Shown: positions 25,561 through 39,420 of the stretch, piece by piece
Position numbering within the stretch: position 1 is the stretch's first letter
How the letters are laid out: each line of letters begins with the position of its first letter
NCBI GenBank assembly: GCA_002633005.1
Contig: NMRA01000306.1
Span: 358,447-422,446, forward strand
Length of the DNA: 64,000 bases
Direction: 5' to 3'
Source of the DNA: Phoronis australis
Taxonomy: Eukaryota; Animalia; Phoronida
The notes under the pieces: generated by a model
Databases searched by the model: none
The model's input: the letters and a program-made list of their open reading frames with translations, nothing else
What the model was told of the DNA's origin: nothing
Translations under genes and position numbers: made by a program

Positions 25561-28500
25561 GACGCACTGAATGATGAGTATTGCCATACGGTAGAAATCA
25601 ACCAATCATGGGGAAAATTTTACACCAGCAACTGAATGGCCGACATTTTACTTCGTGCTACATGTACATGTATTTCACATCCCAAAATAGAACAAATACA
25701 AAATGGTGACGACGTTGGCGATGACAAGGAAGAAGTCTTACCAAATGGAGAAAGTCAGTGGTTTCATCAGCAGTACAGTAGCTATGTTTTGCCTTATTCT
25801 CCAGCACGCAATGACAAGAGCAAAAGTAATGGAACGTTTCGAGACCTCACTTCAACATGTACTCTCTGAATGTAACGGAGTGATTTTTGAATCACTGAGT
25901 ATATTAAGTTTTAGACTTCTCAGCTCTTAGATTTCCAGCCCCACAGCGGCCATTTTGATCAAGCTCCTGGGTGATTTTTGAATTATGGATAAAATCAAAT
26001 GGTCACTGTTTTCTGTTGGCGTCGTGTCAGTGAAAGAGTGACCTACATGTATATAGAGAGCTTGGACTGCCATATTCACAAGAACAAAGGGAATGATGTG
26101 TGTTGACACATTAAGATTGAAGACTGCATTGCAGTCCCTCTGGCTATGTTGTATAAATGTCACGTGCTGTTGATACGGCAGTCTCTTATGAATAATAGAC
26201 AAAACAAACAATTAATTAACTCCCACCAAAGAAAATTGGCAACGGCAACGGTCCACTGGTGTGTGATCTCTATAGGTTACTTCTGCGAGTATAGCCGTGA
26301 TATTTGTAGTTCTATTTATCAATGAATTGACATTTATAAAATATTCAGGCACGATAGCAAAGCATTCAATTTGCAGCTCTCTACAACATAAATAGTAAAC
26401 AGGAAACAGTTACAAAATTATGGACGGGTGGGCATTTGTATAACGAATTACTGCCGACCAATGTCCACCCACAGTGCAGTTTTTCATTTGAGTTTTAGAG
26501 ATGATTCTTTTAAAGCACGAATCTTATCGGCGTGTAAGGTGCATAACATGCTGGAGGTGTCACGCGTTATTATCATCTTGGGGAAAATGTAACATGTACA
26601 TGTAGTTGCTACGTCACAAGCCCTCCCGTTACGCAACTGTCTTCTTAATATCCGACCGTTTTCTGTTACACAGTAGATATAATGCTAAGAAACTTCCGTA
26701 TTCACGGATTACAGTTTTAAATTTGTGTGCTGGGCCAGCTCTGAACATTTGAAGTGGGCGAAAAAATTTAACATCGCAGCCGTTGAATGCAATAAATATG
26801 ATAAACGTTTTACATGACACATGTAACCATCATCAGTTGCTAATAATACAATCACAAGTACTTGCTATTTGCTCTTGATTTATTGATACTTTTCTGGAAT
26901 GAAGATGCACATGTCGAGGGTAACGTATATGTGAACAGTAGTTGGAGATCTTGAGTTGATTACATACTGTGCTAGCACATAACACTTAGCGGAGCTGCTA
27001 GAGTTGTGGTTGAACCAGAAATGAGGAATTATTTCACTCGCAGTCTTAACTGTAAGCTTATGGCAATAGAAAACGGCCATTTAATGAATCTCTTGGAATA
27101 AAATGGGGTGCGAAAATTCATGAAAAATTACCTTTTGTTGGGATTAAGTTTTCCCTTGGTGTTCGGAAAAATTATTCAGTTCCGCTTAAGCAAAAATACC
27201 AGAACGAACTGCCAAGTTTACCGTTATAGAAAATACATTCGACATAAACAATTTTGGTTACCGCAGCCTTTCAAACTTCGCTCCCATTGTTGCAATATGC
27301 ACCCACGCCCAAACACCATTACACATGTATCTCGTGTCCTGTCGAAAACGCTATATTTTCATTTACCAAAGGCTCAGTTGATCAAATTGTCACATTTCCA
27401 AATAAGGACAATGCATGTTTCCTATGTACCAAAACTGGCGAAGTGACGTGTTAGACAGATCGTATCTGAAAATTTGAAACGACGGGAAAAATAACTGTTA
27501 CAGCATGGAAACTTTTATGAAGAAGCCTTACAGTAACTTTACCTGGTTTCATATGAAGCACCTGGCCTGCCTGTAAATAACTATTTACAGGTACGCCGGA
27601 ACACAACTTTGTCCAAATTTTGCAAATCAACGCGTTACCTGTGGTAGTTGCTATCACATGGTGCTAACGAACGCAGAACGCAGAAAAAAAGGGGGAAGAG
27701 GAACTCGAGGGTATGTACCAAAATATCAACATTATTTTCAACACAAAACTTATTCTCCACGCCATTTTATCAAAAGTAGTGCACCTCTGCCGAAACCATA
27801 ATGTGATAAAAGCTGAAACACATCAGGAAGCCGTTTTTTCAGAACTTACCTTTTTAACAGCGTACCTATTTAACTTGGGATTGTAAATTCTCGTGAGATC
27901 CAATTGAGGATTGATGCTTCGCAACATCTGCGACGGTAGAGCATTCCAAATTTCTTTGAAAACCCTTGGTCGAAAACCCGCTGTGCAGTGCCAGCGCTGT
28001 TTGGTCCATCAACTACATGCATGCCCTCTACAGGCAGCGTTGGTAAGCCTCGTGGGTTGCATATACCTGCCAATCGATAATCATTGCTAGCGGTCTGGCG
28101 ATCAATTTTGAGTAAAAACATACTGAAATCCAAAAAGGCCAACAATTTCAGACTACTTGTCGAAAATCTTTGTATTTAGATAAACAGTAAATAAACGTGT
28201 TGATGTTCTTTAATCATTTATCGTTAACAGCCACCGTCATGGTCGCAATTTTTTTGGTCAGGTGAGCTGTAATTTGCATATTTAGGAGAAGCAATTGAAG
28301 GGAAAAACTTTAAGTTCTGGCAGTGTATTTGTACCCATTTTATTATTCACAGTTAACTATTCCCATCCATATCGCGAATACATGTAGGATCATCGCCTAC
28401 AGGCCCGATTGCTTTACCATTAACTATCAGAGAAATAAGTTGAATGATAAAATTTTAAGCTGTTAAAACGACCAAACATTGATTAAGTGAAGCACACTTT

Positions 28501-31500
28501 CCATCAATTATTCAGTTATGCTGGTGTTGACTACCTTGACGATGATTCAATTCGTCACGGAAATATGTCCAACACTCTGCATTGCTGAATGTGGTACGCT
28601 GATAGTTCTCAGCGGCAGATGCACATCACAATGTAGTCAAAAACACCGGTGCCTGTTAGTTTTGGTAAATTTGTCTTGTACATTGCAATGTCTCTGAAAA
28701 ATATACTATACAATGAACCTAACTTTTGTCAAAAGCACGTTTTATGTAGAGCACATTATGCTTTGGCGACTGTTAGATTTGAAGTGATTCGTCGACTTGG
28801 AAAGCATTGACAGGTCGTCATCGCTGGCTGGGCCGCCTTTTAGCCTCGTTCGACACAGCCTACAGCGCTCGAAGGGTTTCGTGCAAGACGAACATACAAG
28901 TAAGTTCCTGGCTATTGACTTCCTGATTTGAAAGATCACGCGAGTTGATTGTCAGATGGGTGTCGCATAAACCTTGAACTAACACCAGAGCAGAATATGA
29001 GTCGTGTTGCCGTTACACGGCGGTCATCTTGTTACGAGGGAACCAATCTATGGCCTTTCTTGCTAAGTTACCCCACGTCATATCTATGACCAATCATGAG
29101 CTAGATTAAATCGAAGCAGTCTGGTTCCTTTCTTTAGACTATGGCTAGGACCGTAATGGCTATCAATGCGTTCAGTTCTTATCATGAATATCTTCTGACA
29201 ACTATTCCGTTACAATTTCAAATGTTTCCTGAACAAACTCTACAAACCCATTACAAAATGTTTAGCGAACGGCAATTGAATTTTCAATACAATTGTTTTC
29301 AGTCGCAAGCACAGACATTTCAAAGTGATCGTCTGACCCAAAGTGCTGCTTGATCACACGATGCTGCACGTGCGCAAGATTGACGATTGTTATAGAGGTG
29401 CTTTAATAGCCTCAGAAACAAAGCAGTGATTATTTACATTTCACAAGGGTTTTGATGTCCGGACGTTTGGAGTTATTTTCTTTGACAAGTAAAATGGGAT
29501 AGCATACCGAAAATAGTGAGAAAAAATTAGATCTGAAGCACTGGTATCCTTTAGGCCATAAAATGTGCTACTTCTTCCCTAAGTGTAGTAAACATATCAT
29601 ATCCATGAAGTTAAGACTAGTTAGAGGCCTATTAGATTATACATGTATGCCTATGTAGTACATGCATTTCCATGCCTTCACGACATGGATGTTTTTCTAA
29701 CACACATGCGCAGCGAGGTAACGTGTTACTTCAACTGCTATGTAGTAATGACGAAATCAATATTGGAAATGTTTCGCACAAGGTCGCAACATCAGATTTC
29801 AACTAGATGGCCACCTTTAGTAAAAAAGTAGTATCTCGACACTACAGAATGCACAGAAATAATTCACATGCCAAACTATGTATTTTATCTTTGCTCTAAT
29901 ATGTTTTCATAGTATTGAGTGCCATTGTGAATTTCAAGATAGTTGCCCTAAAGTGTTGTATTTATAAATTCATTCCTTAAGATACGCGATTTAGGCATCA
30001 AACTATACCTAATCTCATATAAAGAGAAATGAAAACTGTGCTAAATTAGGTAGAATTTTCACATTTTTCGGCCGCTATGATGGCCAGAAGTTTGGGACGA
30101 TGTAGTCAACATCTTTTTGTGTATTCACGGTAGACTTTAGGCTTTCATCGATGTTTTTTTACAGATCGTAATGTCAACATTGTAGAAAGCTAACGTAACT
30201 AATAAATAACGAATTTAAACATGTTAGGCCGCATGCAAATTGTTTGCTTTTTGGAAGACTACTCTTACATCATATTGCTTCTACCCCGTCGGCGAAAGTA
30301 TCGGTTGTTTACTGACGTTCGTGCACTTAGAGTCAAGGTAAGGTTACGGCCCTGGTTGAAATATAGAGTTTTAAAAACATGATTCATGTTCCAAAATGTG
30401 CTTAAAACTACCAATTGCCTTGTTTTGACAATTGACTGTATAGTCAGTATCAGTAAACGTTTTTGTATAGCACAGTATATCACAATGGTGAATACAAAAC
30501 TTCAAAATGAGAAAGTAGAAGAAACGCGACTCTAACGGAAAGGTTCGTAGCTCCACAGACGTGAGTGTGACGTATGATTGTTTCAGGTTTATACGAGCGT
30601 AGGACATAAGATCTGCGCTTCTCTGATGTCCCGCGAGAAAAGAAGAAGAGACCCTGCGTGCTCATAGAGGAAGTTATCACAACCACCACAAACGTAAAAA
30701 AACGTCATGCTTTCATCATTACACGTGCACCGTAAACCGCGGGAAAAACAGCAGCAGTATCTGATGACTAAACACAACGGAGAATGACTAATGATATGAT
30801 TGGTTGATTTTCGGTTCTACTTAAGTACGTATCGACCAATAAATTCTCGTAACTTGAGAACATACCGCCAGGTGGTATTGGCGAGTGTTCCAATTTTACA
30901 GCTGGTCGACTGCATGAAATTGGTGATATTATTGCACTTTTAACCAAAGCTTGAAAATCCATCAGCTCATCGTCGATGCACTTTTGGGAAACGGTTATTG
31001 TTGTGCCACGAGACTGACCTATTTTGGAATGACAGTCCCATGTTCGAATTTCACGGTTGTCCAGCTCTGACACAATAATTTTTATAGGAATTCCCCGACG
31101 CGTTTTTGGATCTTTTAGGGATTTGCATGTTCTTTTTCTTTATAGACGACAACTCGTGTTGTGTTAACGGAAGTTTTGAGATCAATTTCATAATAAAGGC
31201 CTAATTCCGTTTTGTTTCTATCTAGCTTAGTTCAAGATTGCGAAATTCTGCTTTAAAATCAAATTTAAAAATTAATTTAGACTGGATTTTACTATGATAC
31301 TTCAAACTGTAATAACGCTGACGTATGGTATACGGTATTTTCTGTAATGTCGGTGAATATGTATTGATACGTATTTAAATGATTACCTATTTGCCTAATT
31401 TTGTTATTTTTCCCGCATGATGTTCTTCATAATATCGTGTTCTGAATGTGTGTTCCCTACGTTGAAAGTATTCGTAATGGAGTCAGAATTGAATTTGGAC

Positions 31501-32406
31501 AGTTGCATAGGGTTGCACGCTTTGTACGTTGAAATTACAGAACCATCGCCACATACAACATGGAGAATGAACAGTAAACACACCGAACAAAGACTATTCA
31601 AGTTCAGCGTTTAGCGGAATGTAGCATTGACTCCAACACGCGCTTTGTTGCGTGGTTTAAAACATTATCCTTCAATATGTTGCGGAGCCCGCAATTCCAG
31701 CAAACGTGTAGGCACTACTCTTTCAAGTTGCGTCCCGGACCATTTTTTCTTTTGGGCCACTTTGTTCTTTACATATAAGTTACATCTCGGAAAGAACCTA
31801 CAAACTTCATTTGTGCTGTCCCTGTGAGACCAAGGTAATAATAACAACAAAGACAACGATGACGATGACGACGATGACAACGATTAAATTATGTTAAATT
31901 AAATGAAATAAGTATTTACTGATTAAATTTACAAACATGGTTAAAAATAGACTTCTATATCATATTTACAATGAATTCCAGAAAGGACAAATGACTGAAA
32001 CTAAGGGATGGACAGCTATGTTGACAAAATCCCCTAGTATGTGATGAGTTTGTACCTGAAGTCATCATAACTACCACCCCCCTCTTCAGACCTGGTTCAC
32101 TCGACTTTCTGTCTTTTGTTGGATTAGACACGACAGAGCATGGTTCCTCTAGCAGTAAGTTCTGATTTTAGTAAGGACCTAACTAGAATGAAGTGGTACA
32201 TGTACGCGGGCACATCACGGTTATAACTGGGTTTTGCCTGGCAAAACACACATTAGTGGACTTGTCACCTTTTCTTCACTATGTCGAAGACTGTATGCAC
32301 AGAATGACTTGTTTTAGTCATTTAGCATTAAAAGTCCTACCGATGAGCACAGGAATTTTATTATCTTGTATTTTTCCTCCTTTTACAAAAAAGCAAGGAA
32401 GACTAA

Positions 32407-35400
32407 TAGTCGGTGGGCCAGATTTTGTAGGGCCTCTAGAAAATGGTTTTTGTGAGTACTTTAAGGGGGCAATTTTATTTTGGTGTTTTTTAATTCATTT
32501 AATAGAGTGTTTTCAAAATCTAAAAAGTTCCCACATATACACTTGCACATTTTCGAGAAATTTGAGTTTGAAGTTACCTAATAATCACCAAAGAGCTTAG
32601 TAAATTGATATTTGTAAAAACAACAGTTTTGGTGACTTTTTTGTAAAACAAGTAACATGGTCCCATCAGTGCCATTGTATTGAACAATATTACACTCACA
32701 TTACATGTTTCACTATTGTAGATTAATTGTAAACAGTGAAATTTAAAAAATGTAAAGAGACACCTAGTGGCAAAAATGCAAACTAAGTCTGAATGTTACT
32801 AGGAAATTATTCTGGCATTGTCTGGCAACAAAAATAACACAAAACACTTGAGACTGGGCAGAATTTGTGCCTCAATGAATAAAACATTGACTAATGGTGT
32901 AAAATATAGCTTGTTTGCATAATACACCAGAAATACATTATAGTACAAATGAATGATCTCTGTGAATGTGCACACAGACTGTATGAAAATAATAAATTAT
33001 TCTGACCGCGTTTATCAAGCAGTATGAGACAAATACATGACAATGATCAAAGTATGTACTTTCTATGACTTAATCAATAAATAAATTAACTTTTTAATAC
33101 AAAAAACCCGAAATAACGGTGTTGGAGGTCTATTTAGGGTTGACTTGTCAAAGAACTATCCAATGTTATGCAGTCAGTGTTGCTGATGTTACTACAGTTG
33201 TCACAGCTGCATATTTCTGTACAGTTTGACCCAGCATTGCAGCACCAGCTAAGTTTCCCAGCACACATGTTATTTTTGCACTTGCAGCATTCATCTTTAA
33301 GTACTGTCAATGGAGATGCGGGCATTGCCATACATTTTAACTGCAAAACTCCACCGCCAAGGAGCCAACTATGGTCGATTAGAGAGGGTACAGCACCGCA
33401 CACTGGTGATTGGCCTGCAGGCAATGAAGGGTCAAACACTAAGTCCTTGTTTGGAGGCAGGCAGGATTTGGGCAAACGTTTGATTCAAAATATGTTATAA
33501 TGGGCTGTGTTAATTAGAGTCAGCAAGTTAATTATTGAACACTAGCCTCAATTCACTTTCGTATCTCTTAGTCGGGCACAAACTACAACAGTGAGTAGCT
33601 TCAACAATATTTCTTAAGATTGCCTGTCCAAATAACTTCATGCACACCAGCTTTCTGAAGAACAGCTTCAAAGTCTTGCTTTAATTTTGAAAGGCAAATG
33701 ACATATCCTTGTGTTAGAAGCTTTGATTCAATGAACTTCAAGCAAAACTGTACAAGAACATCTCTGACAACTGGATTCGTCACTCTTCAAAATTGTTGTC
33801 TTTCTATTTTTTATAGCATGATGATCTGTGGTACTTGGCTTCTAAGACACAGGGTCTTTATCTTTGAATTTCATTTGCATATTCAGGGCTCTGGACTGAG
33901 CTGTTGCTTGCGATACAAGTCCAACTGAAAAAACCCCGAAACGTTAACACTAATTTAACATTCAACTATGAGTGAGTTGGCATGCAACTTTTTCAGACGG
34001 ACTTATTAGGAACTGATCCACCACCAGCCTAACAAATTTACATGCCGTTTTATCTGTTGCCTAAAAATGTTGATCGTCTAATAATTAGATTAGTTGATGC
34101 AACTGAAAATAAATCAGCTGTTATACCAGTCCAGTGATTGAAATTTATTTTTTTAAATCAGATGCTCAAACCATAGTCAATCAATTTACACTTAAGGTAA
34201 TAAATCGACATTTGACGAAATGGACAGTAGCTTCCATCGTCCTGAAATTACGACGGCGACGATGGCCACTTAGGCACTTTAATTTAATTATCATTACAGC
34301 TACCTAAGTAATTAATGTTTACAAAAAATTGAGAAGAGGTTCCCCCTATCACAGGACAACGGCAGGGAATGACGGCCACTTGGGCATGTTGTTTGCAACC
34401 ATCTACACCATTTAACCTTCTCAAAACTTTTTGACTTTAAAAAGTGCTTTAAAATCACACCCACAGTATAACAACATATGATTAACCCTTAGCACAAGAG
34501 TGCCGATGTGGCAACTGAACAATTGAGTGTTCGAAAAACAGGATTGCAGGAGTATTTGTTTAAACTGGAAACAAATGAAAACATTAACGACCTCCTCAGA
34601 GGCATCTCTCTACGCGGTACTTCTAAGCTTATAGGAACACAATTTGCTGAAAAGCATCCGACATATGGAGTACCTATGGTATGATCACCGTCTCTGCTGG
34701 GTCAGCGGTATTGCCTAAGGCCTAGGCAACCAAGGGGCTGAACAAGTTAAAAAACAACTGGTGATAATATTGAAACACGTGGAAAACACCAAGATATACC
34801 TTTCAAAAACACGTACCTGTTTTGCAAAGCTATACTTCTTTCTCTTTCTTGAAATATGGTCCATAATATACTTTTCCTGCTAACAAATGACGCACTCCCT
34901 CATGTTTCCGAAGGTTCCTATGTTATTCAGGTTAATTGGGTGTTTCAGATTTTGGAAGTATAATTGATTTTCTTGGGAAATCTTGGATATCATCTGTATC
35001 AGTTTCAGCAACTTCAGCTTTAGTACTACTGTTGGTGCCTTGAAACATAGCTATGCCGTTCTATGTCCTTTCAATTTCTTGGTCTGACATTTGGTCTTCT
35101 ACTAGTCTACAGCACTAAGCAGTATACTGTGTAGGCTATACCAGGACATGAAGCTGTTTTCTGCACAAACGTTTGTGACACCTATTCTTCTTTTTGATCT
35201 ACTGATCTACAGAGTTCCACAGTCCATCAGCTTTCGTCAGGAACCATTCCTAATCTTCTTTAGGCTCTGGCATCACAGTCTTGTGCTGTTTGATAAACCT
35301 TGAATTATAGAGGCATCACACTCCATGGGAGCAGCCATATTGAAGTAACTAAGCACAACAATACATTCTGGCTCTCTGATTGGTCAATTCAATAGAAAAG

Positions 35401-35595
35401 CGCCACCAAGTGGCAGGAATGTGCATAATATTTTGTGCAACAAAAACACCTTTTTTTAAAAAATGTGCAAGTGTAGACGTTTGAACTTTTTGGAATTTGA
35501 TTTATAGGTATATTATCTAGCCACATAGAAAAAACTAGGTTGCCCCCCCAAAGTACTCACAAGGATGAAGGCTATGGCATCTGGCCCACCGACTG
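32407..35595 (-). mobile_element. Academ DNA transposon, internally deleted derivative
   Basis: Termini TAGTCGGTGGGCCAGAT / ATCTGGCCCACCGACTG with 3-bp TSD TAA (32404-32406 and 35596-35598). Imperfect TIR similarity extends ~150 bp (TTGTGAGTACTTT, AAAAAGTTC, TACACTTGCACATTTT). Encodes a Cys-rich C-terminus. Confidence 0.8.
33134..33475 (-). pseudogene. C-terminal Cys-rich (CXC/Cys8) domain of Academ-type transposase
   Basis: PSLIDHSW...CCKCKNNMCAGKLSWCCNAGSNCTEICSCDNCSN. An upstream fragment at 33601-33783 is on the same strand. Confidence 0.75.
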
Positions 35596-36165
35596 TAAGA
35601 AAAAAGGACAAAAACACAAAATTGGCACTTTCCTTTCCAAAACCACCACTTACCTGTCGATGCACGACTAGCCAATTTAAGCCAACCCTAGATTCCGAAA
35701 CCAAATTTTCTACAGGTTCAAAAACATGGTACAAAAGTATTGTCAATCAATTACTTGTTCTGGCTTTTTTGACGGCTACCTGAAATTGCAGCCTACTTTC
35801 AATCGCTACCCACCAATGCACAGGTACAATAGGGGGCAGCCGTCTTGAAAAGATTACAGTTACAGCCGAGCAAGTGGACCTTTCTCATCCCTAACGTTCA
35901 CAAATACAAAAAAATCAAATTCACTGAGCCTACATACAACACGTACCTACCTCAAAACTGTCCCCAAACCTGACCAACCTTTAGGACTTATACTGTTGGC
36001 ACTGCAAATTGGACGCAGCTGCAACCTAACTGTTCAGTACACCTATGTAGTCTAAATAAAACGTGTTGCTTTGATGGTTAGAACGCGGGTTTGCAGTACC
36101 TTTGTTTGTCTAATTAGAAGTTGGTTTAACATACACCAGTAATTAATATTATTTAATTGCGCCTT

Positions 36166-36301
36166 CATGGGCAGCGCACCATAGGGGACTGGAGCACGTT
36201 TTCAGTGCTGCGCTGCCCATGGTCTATGGGGGTGCACCACAGGGGGGCTGGGGTGGGGGGGTGCTATAGCCCGCACATTGTTCAGTGCTGGGGAGCCCAT
36301 G
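36166..36301. mobile_element. Two tandem copies of the 11488 MITE family
   Basis: CATGGGCAGCGCACCATAGGGG...TTCAGTGCTGCGCTGCCCATG is followed by a second degenerate unit ending GCCCATG. Confidence 0.7.
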
Positions 36302-36495
36302 GTCTTATGTAACTGAGCTCTGTGTAATGTACATTTATGAATGGGTACACATGATGCACATGGCTAGCATCTTGCGCGGGTTACGCAAACTTCCATTGGG
36401 GCTATTCCACAATCGTTTACATTACTAGAGGGCGTGCGTATACTAGATTAAGCAGCCTCGATTTCGCGAGCCCTTTAGATACATGGTGAAATGGA

Positions 36496-36575
36496 TTGCA
36501 GCCGTGCCAACTGAATCATAGTTTGCGTGAAAAGAGTGCTTCTACGAGAGGAAGTAAGCATGGTCTTATAGAAAG
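36496..36575 (+). pseudogene. SAP-domain exon of the ISL2EU accessory gene
   Basis: LQPCQLNHSLREKSASTRGSKHGLIER, followed by a GTAAG donor at 36576. Matches the SAP pattern L...L+..L+..G.ST.G.K..LI.R. Confidence 0.55.
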
Positions 36576-37180
36576 GTAAGGTTTGTGATTATTTTAACGA
36601 TTAGCATACTTTTAAACAACAGAAAGATTATCCATCATTTTTAAATAACCCAAGTCTTCATATCTTCAATTGGAAGAAAAAGTTCACTCAGCCTTAGAAC
36701 AGAAGTGTGCGTGACAGACCCATGAATCTGTAATCGATGTTTAAAATTGATGAAAGTATCAAAAATCAAAAGTCTTGAAAATGGGTAACAAATGCTAAAA
36801 GATGTCTCAAATAACTAGCATATTTTGCAGACAAGTGATGCGTTTAAAGAATTGTTATGGCTAGACTATATTTTATTATAATATATTATATTATATTATA
36901 TACAGCCTTGCTTTCTGGAAATAGTAAAATATTTAAATCTGTGTGAAATTGTAAAGCAGTTGCCAGATCATCTTTTTGAAGAACAAGGGCAACATGTTTG
37001 ACCCAATCTGACGTACTTAAAGGATAATGCCACCCTATTTAATTAGTCTTTTTTACCGTCTTAATCAGTCTGGGGCCACATCGGCTCGTACACGGTCGAC
37101 CTTACCTTGCCGAGAGGTGTCGCGTTAGCCTGTGAGGAAGGTGAGAAAGTCCGCAGCGACGTCAGTGGTTCGTATGCAGA

Positions 37181-37500
37181 GTGAATTCCGCCGTGGTGTG
37201 GTGTGTCGTTCCTGCCTGTTCGAACTATGAAGCGTCGAGGAAAGCGGGTACATCGTTTTTTCGATTTTCTCGAGAACCCAAAATGCTTCGGAAGTGGCTC
37301 GCGGCAGTGAAAAATGACAAGTACGGAGTTAATACCAAGTACGAGGCCGTGAAACATCTCCGTGTCTGAGGCCGGCATTTCGTGGACAGTGATTTCACTT
37401 GCCAAACAGCTCATGCCAGGGCAGAAAAATCAACCGAGGCTGAAGTCAGATGCTATGCCTAGTGTGTTTGCGTTCGGCAGGCAGGAAGCAAAGAAACGTG
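37181..37500 (+). pseudogene. THAP domain of Kolobok transposase (stop codon and frameshift)
   Basis: WCVVPACSN...FFRFSREPKMLRKWLAAVK...LRV*GRHFVDSDF, then after a frameshift RLKSDAMPSVF (AVP box). Confidence 0.9.
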
Positions 37501-37732
37501 GATCAGTTGTTTCCATTATGGTGCAGTTAGCGCACTGACACCATGACAAGTCATTGAGACGGTTTTCGGCACTATCCATGTGCTCCATTGTTTGTGCACG
37601 TTCACGGCGCCTCTCTAATACTTCTTGATCACTGTACTCTGGTTCGAACTGATATCCTGAGAAAAATAACGATCTACCTGGTAAGTCTTAGTCAGATGAG
37701 TACTCCTCCAAGTCGGGATAGGGAGTTGCCAT
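37500..37732 (-). pseudogene. KolX (P2X7 C-terminal-like Cys domain protein) N-terminal relic
   Basis: MATPYPDLEEYSSD*DLPGRSLFFSGYQFEPEYSDQEVLERRRERAQTMEHMDSAENRLNDLSWCQCANCTIMETT, containing the YxFEP and RL...WCxCxNCxxM motifs. Confidence 0.8.
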
Positions 37733-38981
37733 GTTGACGTTTATTACTAAGCGTTCTGTTTCAGAATGAATTATTCTCACCCTAAGCAATACTTATATAA
37801 AACTGAAACAAAGTCTGTCCCATTAGATGCAATTTGTAATGCCTTTGGAGTGTTCGTTAGTGCAAATGATTTGAGAAGTCAGCAATGAATAAATCACTGC
37901 GTTACCGGCTTTAGGTGCAATAAAGCTAATTTGACGGGACACCGTGGCCGTGTGAGCGCAAGCCAATTCAGTGTTTGCTGACAGAATCTGTTGTGAAACA
38001 ATAACTCGATATTCCATCCCACGGTCAGGTGTTAGGGGAATCTTTATTTACTTATACATTATTCAAATAATGATTGTCAATGTACAGCTTCTGCCCTGGT
38101 GGTTCTGTAGCCAAACGGGAATCTGAATTCACGGCCCCCGACGAGTAGGCCTAAGTAGATTTGCAGTTTCGTGGCTTCACCAAAATAATCACGTGCACAT
38201 TACTTCTTTAGCTCACTAGTATAGTATTTTCTTGACTTCAAGCATAGTTTCCAACTTTGGCTGGTTAATGTTCGTGATGTCTTCAGTCCGGTCGCGACGG
38301 GCCTGATTGGGTTCCGAGCCACCGGCCGGGATAACGAGTCAGTCCGGCCGCGACGGGCCTGATCGGGTTCTGAGAAACTGGCCGGGATAACAAGCATTTT
38401 TGTGTTTAGAACTAAAAAACAAAAGTCTAAACAACACAGATCTAGGTCCTACTGTCTGTATTTCACGGAAAAATACTTAGAAGTTATCTCCGAACAGAAC
38501 ACGAACTCCTGTTACGGACCTTGGTAAATTGGTTTGCCCGAAATTTGTTGGCTACGTTGTGTCCAAATACCAATAAATCCGTAACAGTGAAATAAGACAA
38601 CACGTTTTTATAAGAACTCGATGTATTTTTAACGGTTTTACATCGAAGTTTGATCATTTGTTGGTGTTAAACAATGAATTCAAGCGATAAGCTGACACCA
38701 GTTACCCGTGTTGTGAACTGCTGAACAGACTGCGTGTGAAACCGATGACGTCAATGGAAAATTTCATCACCTCCGTCTGCCGTCAGGTGTCAGGTAACGC
38801 AACCGTACGTGCCGCTATTGAGGAGAACTACTCGATCTAAATTGATACAAATTAGGTTGTTTTTTGGGTGGCATACTCCTTTAATCATTCATGTTTCAAT
38901 ATTTGTTCCATGTTCAGTGACATTTTAAGGCCACTTCAAGCCGCATCATAGACAAGCATTGTTACTCCTCTCTCCCCACAG

Positions 38982-39420
38982 ATGTCGTCCACACACCAGC
39001 GGTGCTTCATGGCACAATATACAAGCCAGTGGCCTGGAGAAATGTGAATCGCAGTACCGCAAGAAAATGTGCAAGTGGACTATTTTTGTGTGAAGAGGGA
39101 CTATATCTGACTGCTACACCAGCAAGCCACGTTAGTGAGGATGCTCTTTCATTGGCAATGAGTCATCTGTGGACAACAATGGATTATTTCCTTTATTTCC
39201 TTTCCTGGAAGAAAAGTGAGGGACTGAAGTTAAAGAAGACCTAGTTACACTCTTGTCTAGTTCAGGGTCAGATTTTGGGCACAAAGCAAGTCAAGCGACA
39301 TGATGTTGTGTTTACCTTCAAGGATCTAACTGTGGACGTTATTGAGGCTGAATGAGATTATATGAAGGAAAGCCACGTGCCGAAATTGGACCTTTTTTCA
39401 AGTGCCTCTGTAGGCCATTG
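38982..39420 (+). pseudogene. YqaJ/lambda-exonuclease-like domain relic
   Basis: Splice acceptor CTCTCCCCACAG, then VHTPAVLHG...CASGLFLCEEGLYLTATP, LKLKKT and a frameshifted QGQ motif. Confidence 0.65.

Larger units (their letters stand above)
37021..38880 (+). mobile_element. Non-autonomous Kolobok-type element (family B, copy 2), 1860 bp
   Basis: TTAA at 37017-37020 and 38881-38884. TIR AGGATAATGCCACCC / GGGTGGCATACTCCT. Internal ~56-bp tandem duplication at 38284-38395. Confidence 0.92.

Noticed and set aside
30560-31601. Second GPCR-like relic on the minus strand (LFILHVVCGDGSV; ITSSMSTQGLFFFSR)
   Set aside because: Only vague hydrophobic and motif resemblance in different frames; not supportable.
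32060-32400. Gypsy integrase C-terminus plus PPT on the minus strand
   Set aside because: Too fragmentary, and no LTR pair or clear motif was found.
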